This document shows positions 25,088-37,789 of a DNA stretch of 64,000 nucleotides, one piece after another (position 1 is the stretch's first letter; every line of letters starts with the position of its first letter). The notes under the pieces are model-generated. The model ran no database searches. It was not told the origin of the DNA and saw only the letters and a program-made list of their open reading frames with translations. Source of the DNA: Octopus vulgaris (taxonomy: Eukaryota); the NCBI GenBank assembly GCA_951406725.2, contig OX597824.1, positions 61,194,001 through 61,258,000 of the forward strand, given 5' to 3'. A program made the translations under genes and the position numbers.

Positions 25088-25660
25088 TTGATCTGAAATT
25101 TTAGCACAAGGTCAGCAGTTTTGGAGGAGGAATCGATTACGTTGATCCTCAGTTCTCCACTGGTACCTATTTTATCGATTCCGAAGGATGAAAGGCGAAG
25201 TCGACCTCGGTTGCATTTGAATTTAGAACATAAAGACGGACGAAATGCCTCTAAGCATTTTGCCCTGAGCGGTATCGATTCTATTAGTTTCCGCCTTAAT
25301 GTTTGCATAGATATTGGTTTCAAATTTTGGCTCAAGGCCAGCAATTTTGGGGGCGGGGACAAGTCAATTACATCATCCCCAGTGCTTAACTGGTAGTTAT
25401 TTTATTGACCCCGGAAGAATAAAAGGTAAAATCGACCTCGGCGAAACATGAAGACAAACGAAATGTAGCTATGCATTTTTGGTCTGGCGTCCTAACGTTT
25501 CTTATTTCTTTACTGCCCACAAGGGGCTACACATAGAGGGGACAAACAAGGTCAGACAAACGGATTAAGTCGATTATATCGATCCCAACGTGTAACTGGT
25601 ACTTAATTTATCGACCCCGAAAGGATAAAAGGCCAAATCGACCTCGGCGGAATTTGAATA
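25088..25660 (-). mobile_element. Three tandem or nested family A SINEs
   Basis: Copies at ~25088-25297, 25312-25500 and 25501-25660; the last has the TATTTCTTTACTGCCCACAAGGGG subfamily tail. Confidence 0.85.
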
Positions 25661-26746
25661 GATATTAAAAGCTGTTCAGTTTAGGCTGTAGCACAAACTT
25701 CTAGACCCAGCATCCACCGATGGAAACCAGTAGAAACTTGTGTTAAATACCTGAAAGTGTTTGAATTTATCTCTCGTTAATAATTCCGGACTTGCTTATC
25801 TTTACTCAGCTATCACTGACAACATGATAATTATACCAAGTTGTTTAGATCGATCATAGATTTATTCTATCATTTTATTTCTTTGTGCCAATGTACAGGA
25901 CGCTAAGTATCGCGATAAGATTTTAACATTTATTGGTTGAGGTGGTTTTGTGGTAGACACTGTCGTGATGTTGTAATTTCCGGTTGTTGACAATATATCA
26001 ATATCAATATCAGTCCACACACACTCACATTAGAAAAAAAACACCTTTTTTTAGAACATTGAAGTTTCAAAGATAGGACTCTATTTGCGTTTAATCTATT
26101 TATTAATGGTTTTCATATTTTTTTATTATCCTTTTAGCTTATTTTGGAGTAATAACATTCCTAGATATATCAATGTTTCTAGTACTCCTCTCTCTTACTT
26201 TCGGATTGTATTTGGTTTTAATGTTCTATTTTGAACTGCGTTTTATTGTAGACTGTAAGGGCCATAGGTAGAATGCTATTAGTGATGATATTATCATCGC
26301 CAGATATACAATTCTTTAGCCGTTAATTCTAAGATATTTATTTCGGTGTGAAGGTACTGTAAAAAGAAATAACCACAACGAAAAAATAATACCTTTAGCC
26401 TGAATATCAAACAAGCTCTACAGGATATGTTGAACGACTATAAAATCGTAATATGTAAAAGTAATATGAGAAATATGTTCGTTACAATCAACATTCACAA
26501 ATGCATTACAAAAATAAACAATATACTATATTATACAAGGAAATCTATAAAGATTAAGAAATAAACACTGCGCAATTGAATAATGAACTTGATAAATTAA
26601 TTACCGATGCAAAACACTTAAATGAGTTGCATTCCGTTTTACGTTAAGGGCGCGTTTGCAAGTACATATCTATGGTGTCGTAAAAACTCACAAATAAAAT
26701 AACCCATTCTGATCGAAAATTTGACTGGATCGCTAAACAGCTAGAA

Positions 26747-27004
26747 CAATGGTTCTCGACCAGAGTCCTCATGACATTTGGGGCTCCACATAAGATTTTA
26801 CTGTTAAAATTTATCTGCAATAAATTGGTTAAACTTCTACAATACGCAAAACATATTTTAACAATTTTTTTGATACCATTCTTAATAATGATAAATCATA
26901 AAAATATAATGGGACTTTTAAAATCATCCAATGTTTATTAGAGTCCAGTAGAATAAAACAGGTATCAAAGGTGTCCATAGGTAAAAAATGGTTTGGAACC
27001 ACTG
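26747..27004. mobile_element. hAT/Charlie-like MITE
   Basis: CAATGGTTCTCGACC ... GGTTTGGAACCACTG TIRs; degenerate flanks AGCTAGAA / ATCTTGAT. Confidence 0.65.
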
Positions 27005-27214
27005 ATCTTGATGTAAGAAATTTACAGGAGAAGGATAGAGTATACTACACTCATCAGACAGACTCGTAGAAAACATACGGGAGAGTGACAAAGTTGGCCA
27101 TATTTTCTGTATGGAAGTAGAAAGCCTCTTTATGAACACTCTTGTAATACAACTAATATTAGACATGTTGCTGGCCTTGTGCCAAAATTTGAAATCAGTA
27201 TTAGACATGTTGTA

Positions 27215-27415
27215 AAGGCGTCGAGCTGGCAGAATCGTTTGCATGTCGGGCAAAATTGCTTAGTAGCATTTCGCCGTCTTTACGATCTGAATTCAAATTC
27301 CTTCGAGGTCGACTTTGCCTTTCATCCTTTCAAGGTCAATAAAATAAGTACCAGTTTGAAGACTTGGTTCAATATAATTGACTTACACCCTCTTGGGCTT
27401 TAGTAAATTTGAAAA
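27215..27415 (+). mobile_element. Family A SINE
   Basis: AAGGCGTCGAGCTGGCAGAATCGTT...GTCGACTTTGCCTTTCATCC. Confidence 0.85.
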
Positions 27416-29040
27416 TTGGATACACACCCAACAAGAACATCTAATATTTATCGGCACATATTTACTGCTTGTTGTCTTGCATAACTGATATTACAAAAGG
27501 AGTGCTAACTTCAGTTGCACATGAAGCAATCTGTACACTCATAGGTAAGAATATGTATGGATTCTTCAGTGGGGCCTATACTTGCAAAGTCCTCTAAGGC
27601 TAGTGCAGTGTGGGAAGTGGTTTGTATAAAGTGGGAGGTGTAGGTGTGTTGTGCGGTGGGTGGAGTGTGTAGTTGTGTTGTTTAGTGGTGTGAGTAGTGT
27701 AGGAGTTGTACTATGCGGGAAGAAGCAAAATGTGGGAGATATCTGCTCATAATTGCAAGATTTTTCATCTTCGAACTATCAATTATTTAGTTTTATTTTT
27801 CTCTTACGAGCTTTTATTTATTCATTGCTTAGAACCATTATTGCCGGGTCACTCACTCTTCGTTTTATCGAGTAATGTGCTTTTGTTTTTATCCTCCTCA
27901 CCTTGCTCAACCCTCTCTCACTTATCTCTTCTAAGATAAGAGAGAGAGAGAGAAGGTATCTTACAACTACTTTGATCACCTTTTCACCATATTTTCCATT
28001 CACCTACATTGTTTAACCTCTTCATTACTCATCACCATCCACACAACTCATTAGCTCACCCTAACTTTCTCATTTACTTTCCGCATATCGCTATCGAGAC
28101 ATTTTCTCAACCTCATTTTCTCATCTACAATTTATACAGCTTAGCGAAAAGATTTGTATTTCTCTCTATCTCTTTTCGATAAATGACAAATGTCCGAAAC
28201 GTTAGACCTATCTTTTTCTCCACGACATAAGACACAATAATGAATACATTAACCGAATGATAAGGATCCATTGAAAGCTCATTTCACAGACTTAAATTCG
28301 GCTTCAAAGCTTTTCTTAACTCTCACTATTTTCTCTATCTCTCTCGCCACCATCACCACCACCTCCGCCGCTGCCGCCACCACCGCCTTCGCCGCCTTCG
28401 CCGCCTTCGCCGCCTTCGCCGCCTTCGCCGCCGCCACCACCACCTCCACCACCTCCACACCACCTATGCGCATCATCATATTCATCATCATCATCATCTC
28501 TTCCTCTTCTTTTTCTTTCCCTTCTCTTCCTCCTACTCCACTTCCACCACTCCCTCTCTGTCTTGTCTGTCTGTCTGTTTCTGATTACTCTTTTTACCTC
28601 CCCAAACCAATTGCCCCCCCACTCACCCACTATTCAATCTTTGATCACATTTAAACAACACATTTATCATTTCATCGAAATTAACAGTTCATTAAAGAGT
28701 CAATGAAGTGGACACATGCATTAATCCGAGTGAGGAACAGAGCAGCGAGTGGCAGGGCTTTGGCTAGGGAAAGGAGTCGAATGAAACGAGAACATCTACC
28801 AAATGGCAGGTGTGTGGTGTGCATCAAGGAAGCGGGGAAAGAGTCTGCAGGGATCTCGTATTAAGAACATAAAAAAGAAAATAAGAGAAAGAAAAACTTA
28901 GTATTTAATGAGGAAATGAATAATTTATGATACAGCGTTTAGAACGGTTTGTGGTTAATGTGGCAAGAGTTGCATATATTACAGATTGGCCATGGGGAGA
29001 AACAGTGTGGCCGAATGGAAGCGTGAGAGGGGAAGAGGAA

Positions 29041-29310
29041 GAGAGACACAAATGGAAAGATAGAGGGGAGACGATGAAAAGGGAAAGAAAGAGGGAGAGA
29101 GAAAGAGAGAGACACAAATGGAAAGATAGAGAAGAGATAATGGAAAGATAGAGAGAGAAAGAGAGATACAAATGGAAAGATAGAGGAGAGACGATGAAAA
29201 GGGAAAGAAAGAGGGAGAGAGAAAGAGAGAGAGACACAAATGGAAAGATAGAGAAGAGATAATGGAAAGATAGAGAAAGAAAGAGAGATACAAATGGAAA
29301 GATAAAGAAA
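29041..29310. repeat. GA-rich minisatellite, ~120-bp period with two subunits
   Basis: GAGAGA(C/T)ACAAATGGAAAGATAGA recurs five times with alternating spacers. Confidence 0.85.
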
Positions 29311-29317
29311 GAGGCAC

Positions 29318-29348
<31 letters not shown>

Positions 29349-30537
29349 AGGAAAATAGAGAAGAGAGAAAAAGAGAAAGAGGAAGCGATAGATAGTTACA
29401 TAGCTGGAAAGATAGAGAATGGTGAGGGCGAGGAGAGAGAGAATGAAAGGGAAAATGTAGTGTAGTATTTGAAAGAGAGACTAGAAAGGAAATCGGAGGT
29501 GGGGGAAGCATAAGAGATAAAGTGGACATGAGCACACATACACAAAGAATATAGTGAATAAACCAAACCATTGCACACGCGCACATGCACCGCCACCAAA
29601 CCCACCCACCCAGCTACATCTGTCGAAAGATAATGAAATGGGGGAGGAGAAGAGAGAAGCAACAGACGGGTGGATTTGAGATAAAACAAATGAAATATGA
29701 CTGTGTAGTTATTTTCTCTTGGATGAGAAGAAACAAACAGATACAAAACATACACGCACACACAAACATGTCTACGCATACACACACATATTTTCGTACA
29801 CGCGCACGCACATGTATATACATATACATACATACGTACATACATATATACATACAGCCAAAAAAAAAAAAAAAAACAGAGTGACGGAAGCTGAGAGTAG
29901 GAGAGGAATGAAACTGAAAATAGTTCTACATGAAACACAGACTCGGTTGGGAGGTTAATTAGACAGTTGCTATGGCAAAAGATGATAAATATATAAACAG
30001 GGAGAGGGAAAACGATGAAGGAAGAGAGGGGGAGGGGAGAGAGAAAGAAAGTGAGAAAGAGAGAGAAAGAAAAAGAGAGAATGAGAGAATGAGAGAGAGA
30101 GGGAGACGGACACCTGCAAAGTTTGTGAAGAAACTCTCTTTTCTCATCAATATCGAGCGATATCATCACAAGATGTCACGGAGTACACACACACACATGT
30201 ACAGACACACGAGGAGAAAGAAGAAAGCAACACAGGCACTGAGCACACGGTGCCACTTGTAAGTTTGTGAAAAAAAAAATTTCTACCTCTTAGTACAAAA
30301 TATTATTCGAAAGGTGGAAGGAAATAAAACAATTTCTTGCAAACCAAGCCACTGGCAAATTCTGTTTTCCATTACAAGATTGTAAAAAGTGAACAAGGAA
30401 AAAGAGAGAAAAAACACCCAACAGCAACAACAACACAAAAAAACTTAACCCAACAAACAGGGAAGCAAGAAAGAAAGGAAAAGAATTGCAATAAAAAGCT
30501 CCCCGGAAAATAAACATCACTGCCATTTTGATTGAAG

Positions 30538-30797
30538 ATGGCTGACACAGAAAGTTTGGTAACAGATACTACGTCAAGCCCTTTATTAGATAAAAAAACG
30601 GAAGAACATGGTTTAGTAACAGAAAGCTCTCAAGATGCTCAATTAGGTCGTAGTTCGGTGGAAAATAATGTTGAAGGGGAAAATAATAAAATTGCCAGTG
30701 AACTTCAAGTTCCTGAAGCGCTGGATTGTAAATCGCCATCTGTCGTTTCTGAAAAACCATCTTTGAATTTATGGACAACAAACAAAGAAGTTATCAG
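30538..30797 (+). CDS. Probable first coding exon of an unidentified host gene (MADTESLVTDTTSSPLLDKK...LNLWTTNKEVIR)
   Basis: AAGATGG Kozak-like start, 86 stop-free codons of non-repetitive acidic/Ser-rich sequence, strong CAG|GTAAGT donor (phase 2). No downstream exon recognised in the window. Confidence 0.65.
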
Positions 30798-30984
30798 GTA
30801 AGTGTTCTGTGATGGGTTGCTGTTTGGATGATATATTCTGATTCGAATTTGTTTTGTTCTTGACCGGCTCTGATTATATGTAATATTTACATTCATAAAA
30901 ATTGAAGCAGAAATATAAACATTATGAAAATATGCTTTTTTTATTTACTGTTTATAATTTACGTTTCTAGACAAGAAAGTAAAC

Positions 30985-32065
30985 AGGCAGAATTGTTACC
31001 ACGCTGGATAATCTGCTTTGTAACATTTCATCTGACTTTATCTTCTGAGTTTAAATCACGCTGAGGTCGACTTTACCTTTCATCTGTTCGGAGTCGATAA
31101 AATAAGTACCAGTCAAGTACTGGGTCAGTGTAATGGACTTACCCCTCCCTTCAAAAATTACTGGGCTTGTGTTTAAAATTTGAAAGAAATTTACATTCAC
31201 GTGTAGTTTATTTACTTTTTCCCATTTCGAAGCCAATTATAATTGTTGACGTTGTAAGTGTTGTCGTAGCAGTTATTTATAATATTAAATTTATTCGTTT
31301 TCAAGCTTATTCGATTTCAAATTTTGGCACAAGGCCAGCAATTTCGTGGGAAAGGGTAAGTCAATTACATAAACCCCAGTGCTCCGAAAGAATGAAAGGT
31401 GAAGACGACCTCGGCGGAATTTGATCTCAGAACGCGAAGACGGACGAAATGCCGCTAAGGGTTTTTGTTCAACGTGCTAACGATTCTGTCAGCTCATTGT
31501 CTTCGGAAAATGATATTAACAAACTCAATTTGTTCTATTTTGTTTACCTAATAATTATTAATATTTGGACGTTCTTTCTTCAAAAACTTCTGAAATACTT
31601 GTGGCCACCACTCAAAATTATTTCAACTTCCTTGCTTCAGAACAGTGCTTCTCTTAATGGCCGGTGAAGACTTTTATATGGTACTGTGAACAAAGAGATA
31701 GGAGGGGGACTATAGATGCACCTAAACAGTTCTTTTAGTATTTGTCTCCCAGTTAATATTGGTTTCAAATTTTGGCACAAGGCTAGTAACTTCGGATAGG
31801 AAGATAAGTCGATTATATCGACCTCACTGCTCAACTGGTACTTGTTTTATTGCCCCCGCAAGAATGAAATGTAAAGTCGATCTTTGTGCGATTTTAACTC
31901 AGAATATGAAGACGGACGAGATGCTGCGAAGCATTTTGGCCAGCGTGCCAACGATTCTGCCCCCTCACCGCATTGTGACTTTCATTTGATATTGGTTTCA
32001 AATTTTGGCGCAAGGCCAGCAATTTCGGGGAAGAGAGTTAGTCATTTACATCGATCCCAGTGCGA
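30985..32065. mobile_element. Family A SINE cluster (one + copy ~30985-31186; - copies ~31312-31503, 31758-31970, 31990-32065)
   Basis: Family A signatures on both strands. Confidence 0.8.
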
Positions 32066-32181
32066 AAGGTCTCCCATTGTCCTTCTTCATTTATCGTTTC
32101 GTACTGTGCGTTTCCGTAAAAAAATATGCAAGTACGACTACTTTCAGTAGCGAGTGAGTCAGAAGCTGGCGTCAAAATATT

Positions 32182-32330
<149 letters not shown>

Positions 32331-32388
32331 TATTTGCATATGTATCTTTTTTTTCTTTTACTTGTTTCAGTAATTTGGCTGCGGCACG

Positions 32389-32450
<62 letters not shown>

Positions 32451-32606
32451 TGACGGTTTTCTTTCAGTTTCCGTTTTGTCGGCACGAGGCAACTTGTCCA
32501 AGATGGCACGCAGTGGGACTAAACTCGGAACCGTGTGGTTGGGAAGCAAGCTCCTTACTACACAGCTACGCCTGCGTCTATATATGTACATACATACATA
32601 CATACA

Positions 32607-32637
<31 letters not shown>

Positions 32638-32679
32638 GTATATATACGGGTGTGTGTGATTGTGTATAGAAGAATATAT

Positions 32680-33120
32680 TAATAAAAGGAATTCCAACCT
32701 TGTCTGATTTTCACGTTTTATTTACAATCTTATAATGATATAATATAAGATAATATAATATAATAAAATAAAATAATATAATAGAATGTTAAATGTTCAT
32801 TCAGATTGAACTAGTATTTTCATGCATTAAATTCTGCAATCTTCAGGTTCATGCTTCACAATTTTTGACTGTAGCGAGATGATTAAATCTGTGCCTTAAA
32901 TACAGCTGTGTAGGCTCCAGATTGCTATGTTTTGCAAACTGTATTCTGACCAATCAGTGTGTAGTATCACTCAGTTACTTAAGCTGATTGGTTGGTTGAG
33001 CTGATTGGTTTAGGCGTCACGCTTTGTTGAACATGTCAAGAGTCCTGTATCTTAACCCCGGCCGAGGCAGCAATTGTTGGGCTATTTTTAGAAATGTAGT
33101 AAATAGCCTTTGTCAGGGAT
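32680..33120 (-). mobile_element. Putative solo PLE pLTR with hammerhead (32807-32851)
   Basis: Minus strand: CCAATCAG boxes, TATTTAA, then TGAAC-CTGAAGA-TTGCA..TGCAT-GAAA-ATACTA-GTTCA, then AATAAA. Confidence 0.55.
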
Positions 33121-33232
33121 TTTTTATATTTTAATTGTCATCATCATCATTGTCAGCACCTTAATTATTGTTGCTAGTGGTGATGGTGGTGGCAATAGAA
33201 CTTTTAACCCTAAATAAGATAATATATATGTA

Positions 33233-33296
<64 letters not shown>

Positions 33297-33297
<1 letters not shown>

Positions 33298-33696
33298 TTA
33301 CTTGTTTCAGTCATGTGACTGTGGCCATGCTGGAGCACCGCCTTTAGTTGAGTAAATCGATCCCAGGACTTATTCTTTGTAAGCCTAGTACTTATTCTAT
33401 TGGTCTCTTTTGCCGAACCGCTAAGTTACGGGGACGTAAACACACCAGCATCGGTTGTCAAGCGATGTTGGTGGGGACAAACACAGACACACGAACATAT
33501 ATACACACATACACATATATATTTATATACATATATATGACGGGCTTCTTTCAGTTTTCATCCACCAAATCCACTCACAAGGCTTTGGTCAGCCCGAGGC
33601 TCTAGTAGGAGACACTTGCCCAAGGTGCCACGGAATGGGACTGAACCCGGAACCATGTGGTTCGTAAGCAAGCTACTTACCACACAGCCACTCCTA
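33297..33696 (-). mobile_element. Family B SINE (full length)
   Basis: Reverse complement of 3097-3498. Confidence 0.9.
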
Positions 33697-34418
33697 CGAG
33701 TGTATGAGATTCGGCGGAGAGAGTGAGAAAGGAAGGATGTATAAGAAGGGACTGAGAGTCAAGGTTATATCGATACAGAAACAGAACCACGTTAGATCGT
33801 ACGTGTTACATGAAGGTGGCTGTAGTGTAATTTCGACTACTGGCTCTGTCCTTGCTTTATCATAGTAAATATAAAGTGACAACTGTTGTAATGACGGTGA
33901 AGTATTTATATGCAGTGTGAAAGAATTGCAATTCTGAAGCTGAAGACGCCTTACTGCTGCCATTTTGTGTATTATTTCTCTGCAGGAATACGTAACACTG
34001 AAGAAGACAAGAAATGTTGCGAAGATAATTGGTCAGTTTGGTGGTAGTTAATAAATCGGTTTTCCGAGAAATGAGGTGCGAAGCTATTTATTTTATACTC
34101 ATAAGGAATTCTTCCCAGAAAAATCAGCGTAACTTTTAGCGCTGTTGATGAAGCAAGATCAAAATGGCATTCATTAGTACATGACCATATGGCATATAGT
34201 TTAAACTGTAAGGAAGTAAAAAACTAATATCTTACCCGCCTAATCCTATCAAAAATAAGGAGAATTCCAGAATTTATTGTATTATCTAAACCAATTACTT
34301 TAATGCTGTGTGTGTGTATGTATACATACTCACTCTTTGTATGTCCCTTCCTCTCTATCTCTGTCTGTCTGTCTGTCACCGTCTGTCTGTCTGTCTCTGT
34401 CTGTCTGTCTGTTTCTGC

Positions 34419-34527
<109 letters not shown>

Positions 34528-35657
34528 TTTTGGTATGTTTGCGTCCCTGTAACTTAGCGGTTCGGGAAAAGAAGCTGATAGAATAAATACTAAGTTTTAA
34601 AAAAATATGAGTCGATTCGTTCAACTAAAATTCGTTAAGGTGTTGTCCCAGCATGGCCGCAGATTGATGACTAAAACAAGTAAAAGAATAAAAATATATA
34701 ATGCATATGTGTGTGTGTATGTGTGCATGTGTGTGTGCGTGTGTGTGTGTGCATGTGTGTTTGTGTGTTACACATTCATGGAGTGTCATGTCGGTTGTTG
34801 TTGCTGTTTAGCCCGAAGCTATACCTGATCGAGTAGATCCACGATCAAATGAATTCCAAACATGACTGTCCCGTACTTTTGTATATCCAGTAATACATTC
34901 ACCAATGTATATTCTGATCTTTTAAACGAAACAGTATCTAAAGAGGTTGCAGCTGTTATTTCTAGCAGCTCGATAGCCATTTAAATGCTTACTCCTTGGT
35001 CGTCAGATAAATCAACATTCTCAATTAGACCCTCACTCAAAATATGGGTGAAGCTTTACAAGATCTTCATCTCTTAACAAGAAGATGAATTATAATTTGG
35101 ATTCCATATAATTCATATTTCTTTGTCATGGTGTTGTCCAAACAAGTTTAAAACTATCACAATTTTATTAAAAATAACAAACTCTGTTCCCTTTTCAATG
35201 TACACAACCTCATCTCTTTGGAAATTATTGGCATACGTTATATAGGGAGGATATGTTAGATGGCAGGATTTTGTTGGTATTAGGTAAATGACTGATCTTG
35301 AGTGATAAGATCAGGAATCGGAGGACACTTGGTGGTGGTCTCTGTTAAAAAATTTAATTCACAAAAGTTTGTAGTTGATTATTACGAAGTATGAAAAGTT
35401 TAAAAATCTAACGTTTTGGACAATTCTTCTTCAAAAAGAGATAATATAGAAGCTAATTCTACGGTCGATCGCATTATTAAATGCTATATTCATTCGATTC
35501 ATTGTAATATGCTTTTTTGCTACACATTTTTATGACAGTATATGCGTTGGAACAGTCGCTATCTATGACATCCATTCTCACGGAGAAACATTATTATTTA
35601 TGACACTGTTCGATTAGGAATACGTATATACATGCATACACACGCACACACACATAT

Positions 35658-35885
35658 GGAGAGGTTCGTGGCTTAGTGGTTAGGCTGTTGCACACGTGAT
35701 CGCAAGATTCTGGTTTCGATTCCTGGACGGGGTGATGTGTTGTTTTCTTGAGCAAAACACTTAATTTCACATTGTTCCAGCAATGCACCGGCATCCCGTC
35801 CGGTAGTGAGGGTGGTGGTTAATGTGTAAACTGCAGATTCCGGGAACCGGTCTTCCGAGCCAATGGTTGGGGAAGAACCTTTGAT
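35658..35885 (+). mobile_element. Family C-related SINE
   Basis: TGGCTTAGTGGTTAGG...GGTTTCGATTCC...TTCTTGAGCAAAACACTT. Confidence 0.7.
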
Positions 35886-35991
35886 TCTTCTATGCATCTA
35901 TGTATATATATGTGTGCGTGTGTGTGTGTATGTGTGTGTGTGTATATATATATACATACACACACATGTCTATATATATATATGTGTATAC

Positions 35992-36074
<83 letters not shown>

Positions 36075-36285
36075 TCTATTACGTATGTGGGAAATTTTGT
36101 CTGTGGGTGTGTTTGTGGAGTTGGTAGCTAACTCCTCATACATCGTTTTATCAATTTTGATGTGAAACTTGACACGTGAGTAGAACCCATGTCTAGAAAC
36201 CTCATGGCATACTCAGATTGCTGAAAAAAGTCGATAATAGGGCCCCTGGAAGGGATCCTTATATATATATATACATATATATATA

Positions 36286-36335
<50 letters not shown>

Positions 36336-37040
36336 ATTTCTTTTAACAGCCAAAGGAAATAACCTATTCGCCCCTAGAAGGGATCCTTAAGTATATAGCT
36401 AAGGGAAATAACTCATTCATTTTCCTAAATTATTTGGTATAACTCAAATTGAGTATGCTTATTTCTTTGTATTTGAACTGTTAGAGATATGTTCGCAATT
36501 TGTCCAGTACAACCCTTAAACAAGTAAATAGTATTTTCCTAAACAATAAATCCACTTATTTCGGTTACTGACTTATTCATGAATATACCAGCACTAACAC
36601 CGCTGAGGGTAATATTCTCTGGGAACGCATAAAAGCCTTCTTCAGAGTTATTTACTTTGAATTGTTATTATCTCATATCTAATTAGCCTGTTATTACGTA
36701 GCATATTTCACGATTTTAGTATACATACCTTATTAGTATTTCCTCCTAAATTCTATATAATCTAGGAACGCATTAAAACTCTTTTCAGGGCTACTTTATT
36801 TGAATTCTTACAATCGGGTAACTAATGTCATGTTATTACAAATTGTGTATTCATAACTTATTGGGAATTCCTAAAAAGAAGATCCTGTGTAAGACAGTTC
36901 GATATTCTCTGTAAATGCACAAAAAACGTTTTAAGGTCTACATACTTTGTATTGCTGTTATTGGAATAGTGAAACAATTATGAGAACGGAACCAAGGGAT
37001 AAGCCTCGCTTTGCCGGAAATTACCGGGTACGTCAGCTAG
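36075..37040 (+). mobile_element. Non-autonomous Helitron
   Basis: A|TC 5' end; CCGG-AAATTA-CCGG hairpin at 37014-37027; CTAG|T 3' end; no TSD. The 5' part recurs inverted at ~44055-44225. Confidence 0.7.
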
Positions 37041-37257
37041 TATATAAATGTTTCAAAATAGTTAGATAGAAAGAAAAAGTCATACTTTCATGCTTTTTCG
37101 TTCACTATTCAACATGCTTCTAACTTGCCGGGTCGAAGACAGCAAATTATGTATGTATGTATGCATGTATATGTATGCATGTATGTATGTATGTATGTAT
37201 GTATGTATGTATGTATGTATGTATGTATGTATGTATGTATGTATATATGTATGTATG

Positions 37258-37294
<37 letters not shown>

Positions 37295-37308
37295 ATATCT
37301 ATATTATG

Positions 37309-37354
<46 letters not shown>

Positions 37355-37357
<3 letters not shown>

Positions 37358-37503
37358 AGAGAGGAGAGGAGTTAAAAAAACTAAGCTTCCATGCGTGTTG
37401 AATAATCGGTGTTTAAATAAACATCAACAATTTACCTTGATACGAAATAAACTGTAAGAGCGGAGAAGCTTAGTTTTTTAACTGTTCTCCCCCCTCTCTC
37501 TCT

Positions 37504-37505
<2 letters not shown>
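37355..37505. mobile_element. Small TIR element inside a (TA)n tract
   Basis: GGAGAGAG..AGTTAAAAAAACTAAGCTT ... AAGCTTAGTTTTTTAACT..CTCTCTCC. Confidence 0.55.
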
Positions 37506-37582
<77 letters not shown>

Positions 37583-37584
37583 GA

Positions 37585-37785
37585 GAGATGTACTTGCATA
37601 GCAAGTGACTTGATCCGAGATCGTGTGCCGCAACAAAAACAATTGCAGTATGGAAGATGTTTGTAAGCCATTTAAGAACACACAATAACCGTTAGTTTCA
37701 CTTGAACATTTAAATTTAGCTTGTGTCAAAATATTTTCGTGGCTTTGAAACTGCGGCCTATTCACTGACAAAAAATTGTGCTCCA
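37585..37785 (-). mobile_element. Short dispersed repeat with hammerhead-like motif (37724-37770)
   Basis: Reverse-complement homologue of 62945-63140. Core reads TGTCA-GTGAATA-GG..GC..GC.AC-GAAA-ATATTT-TGACA. Confidence 0.7.
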
Positions 37786-37789
37786 TCTC

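Noticed and set aside
29041-29310. Possible CRISPR-like repeat-spacer array
   Set aside because: Spacers are themselves repeated GA-rich sequence, the context is eukaryotic, and no cas genes are present.
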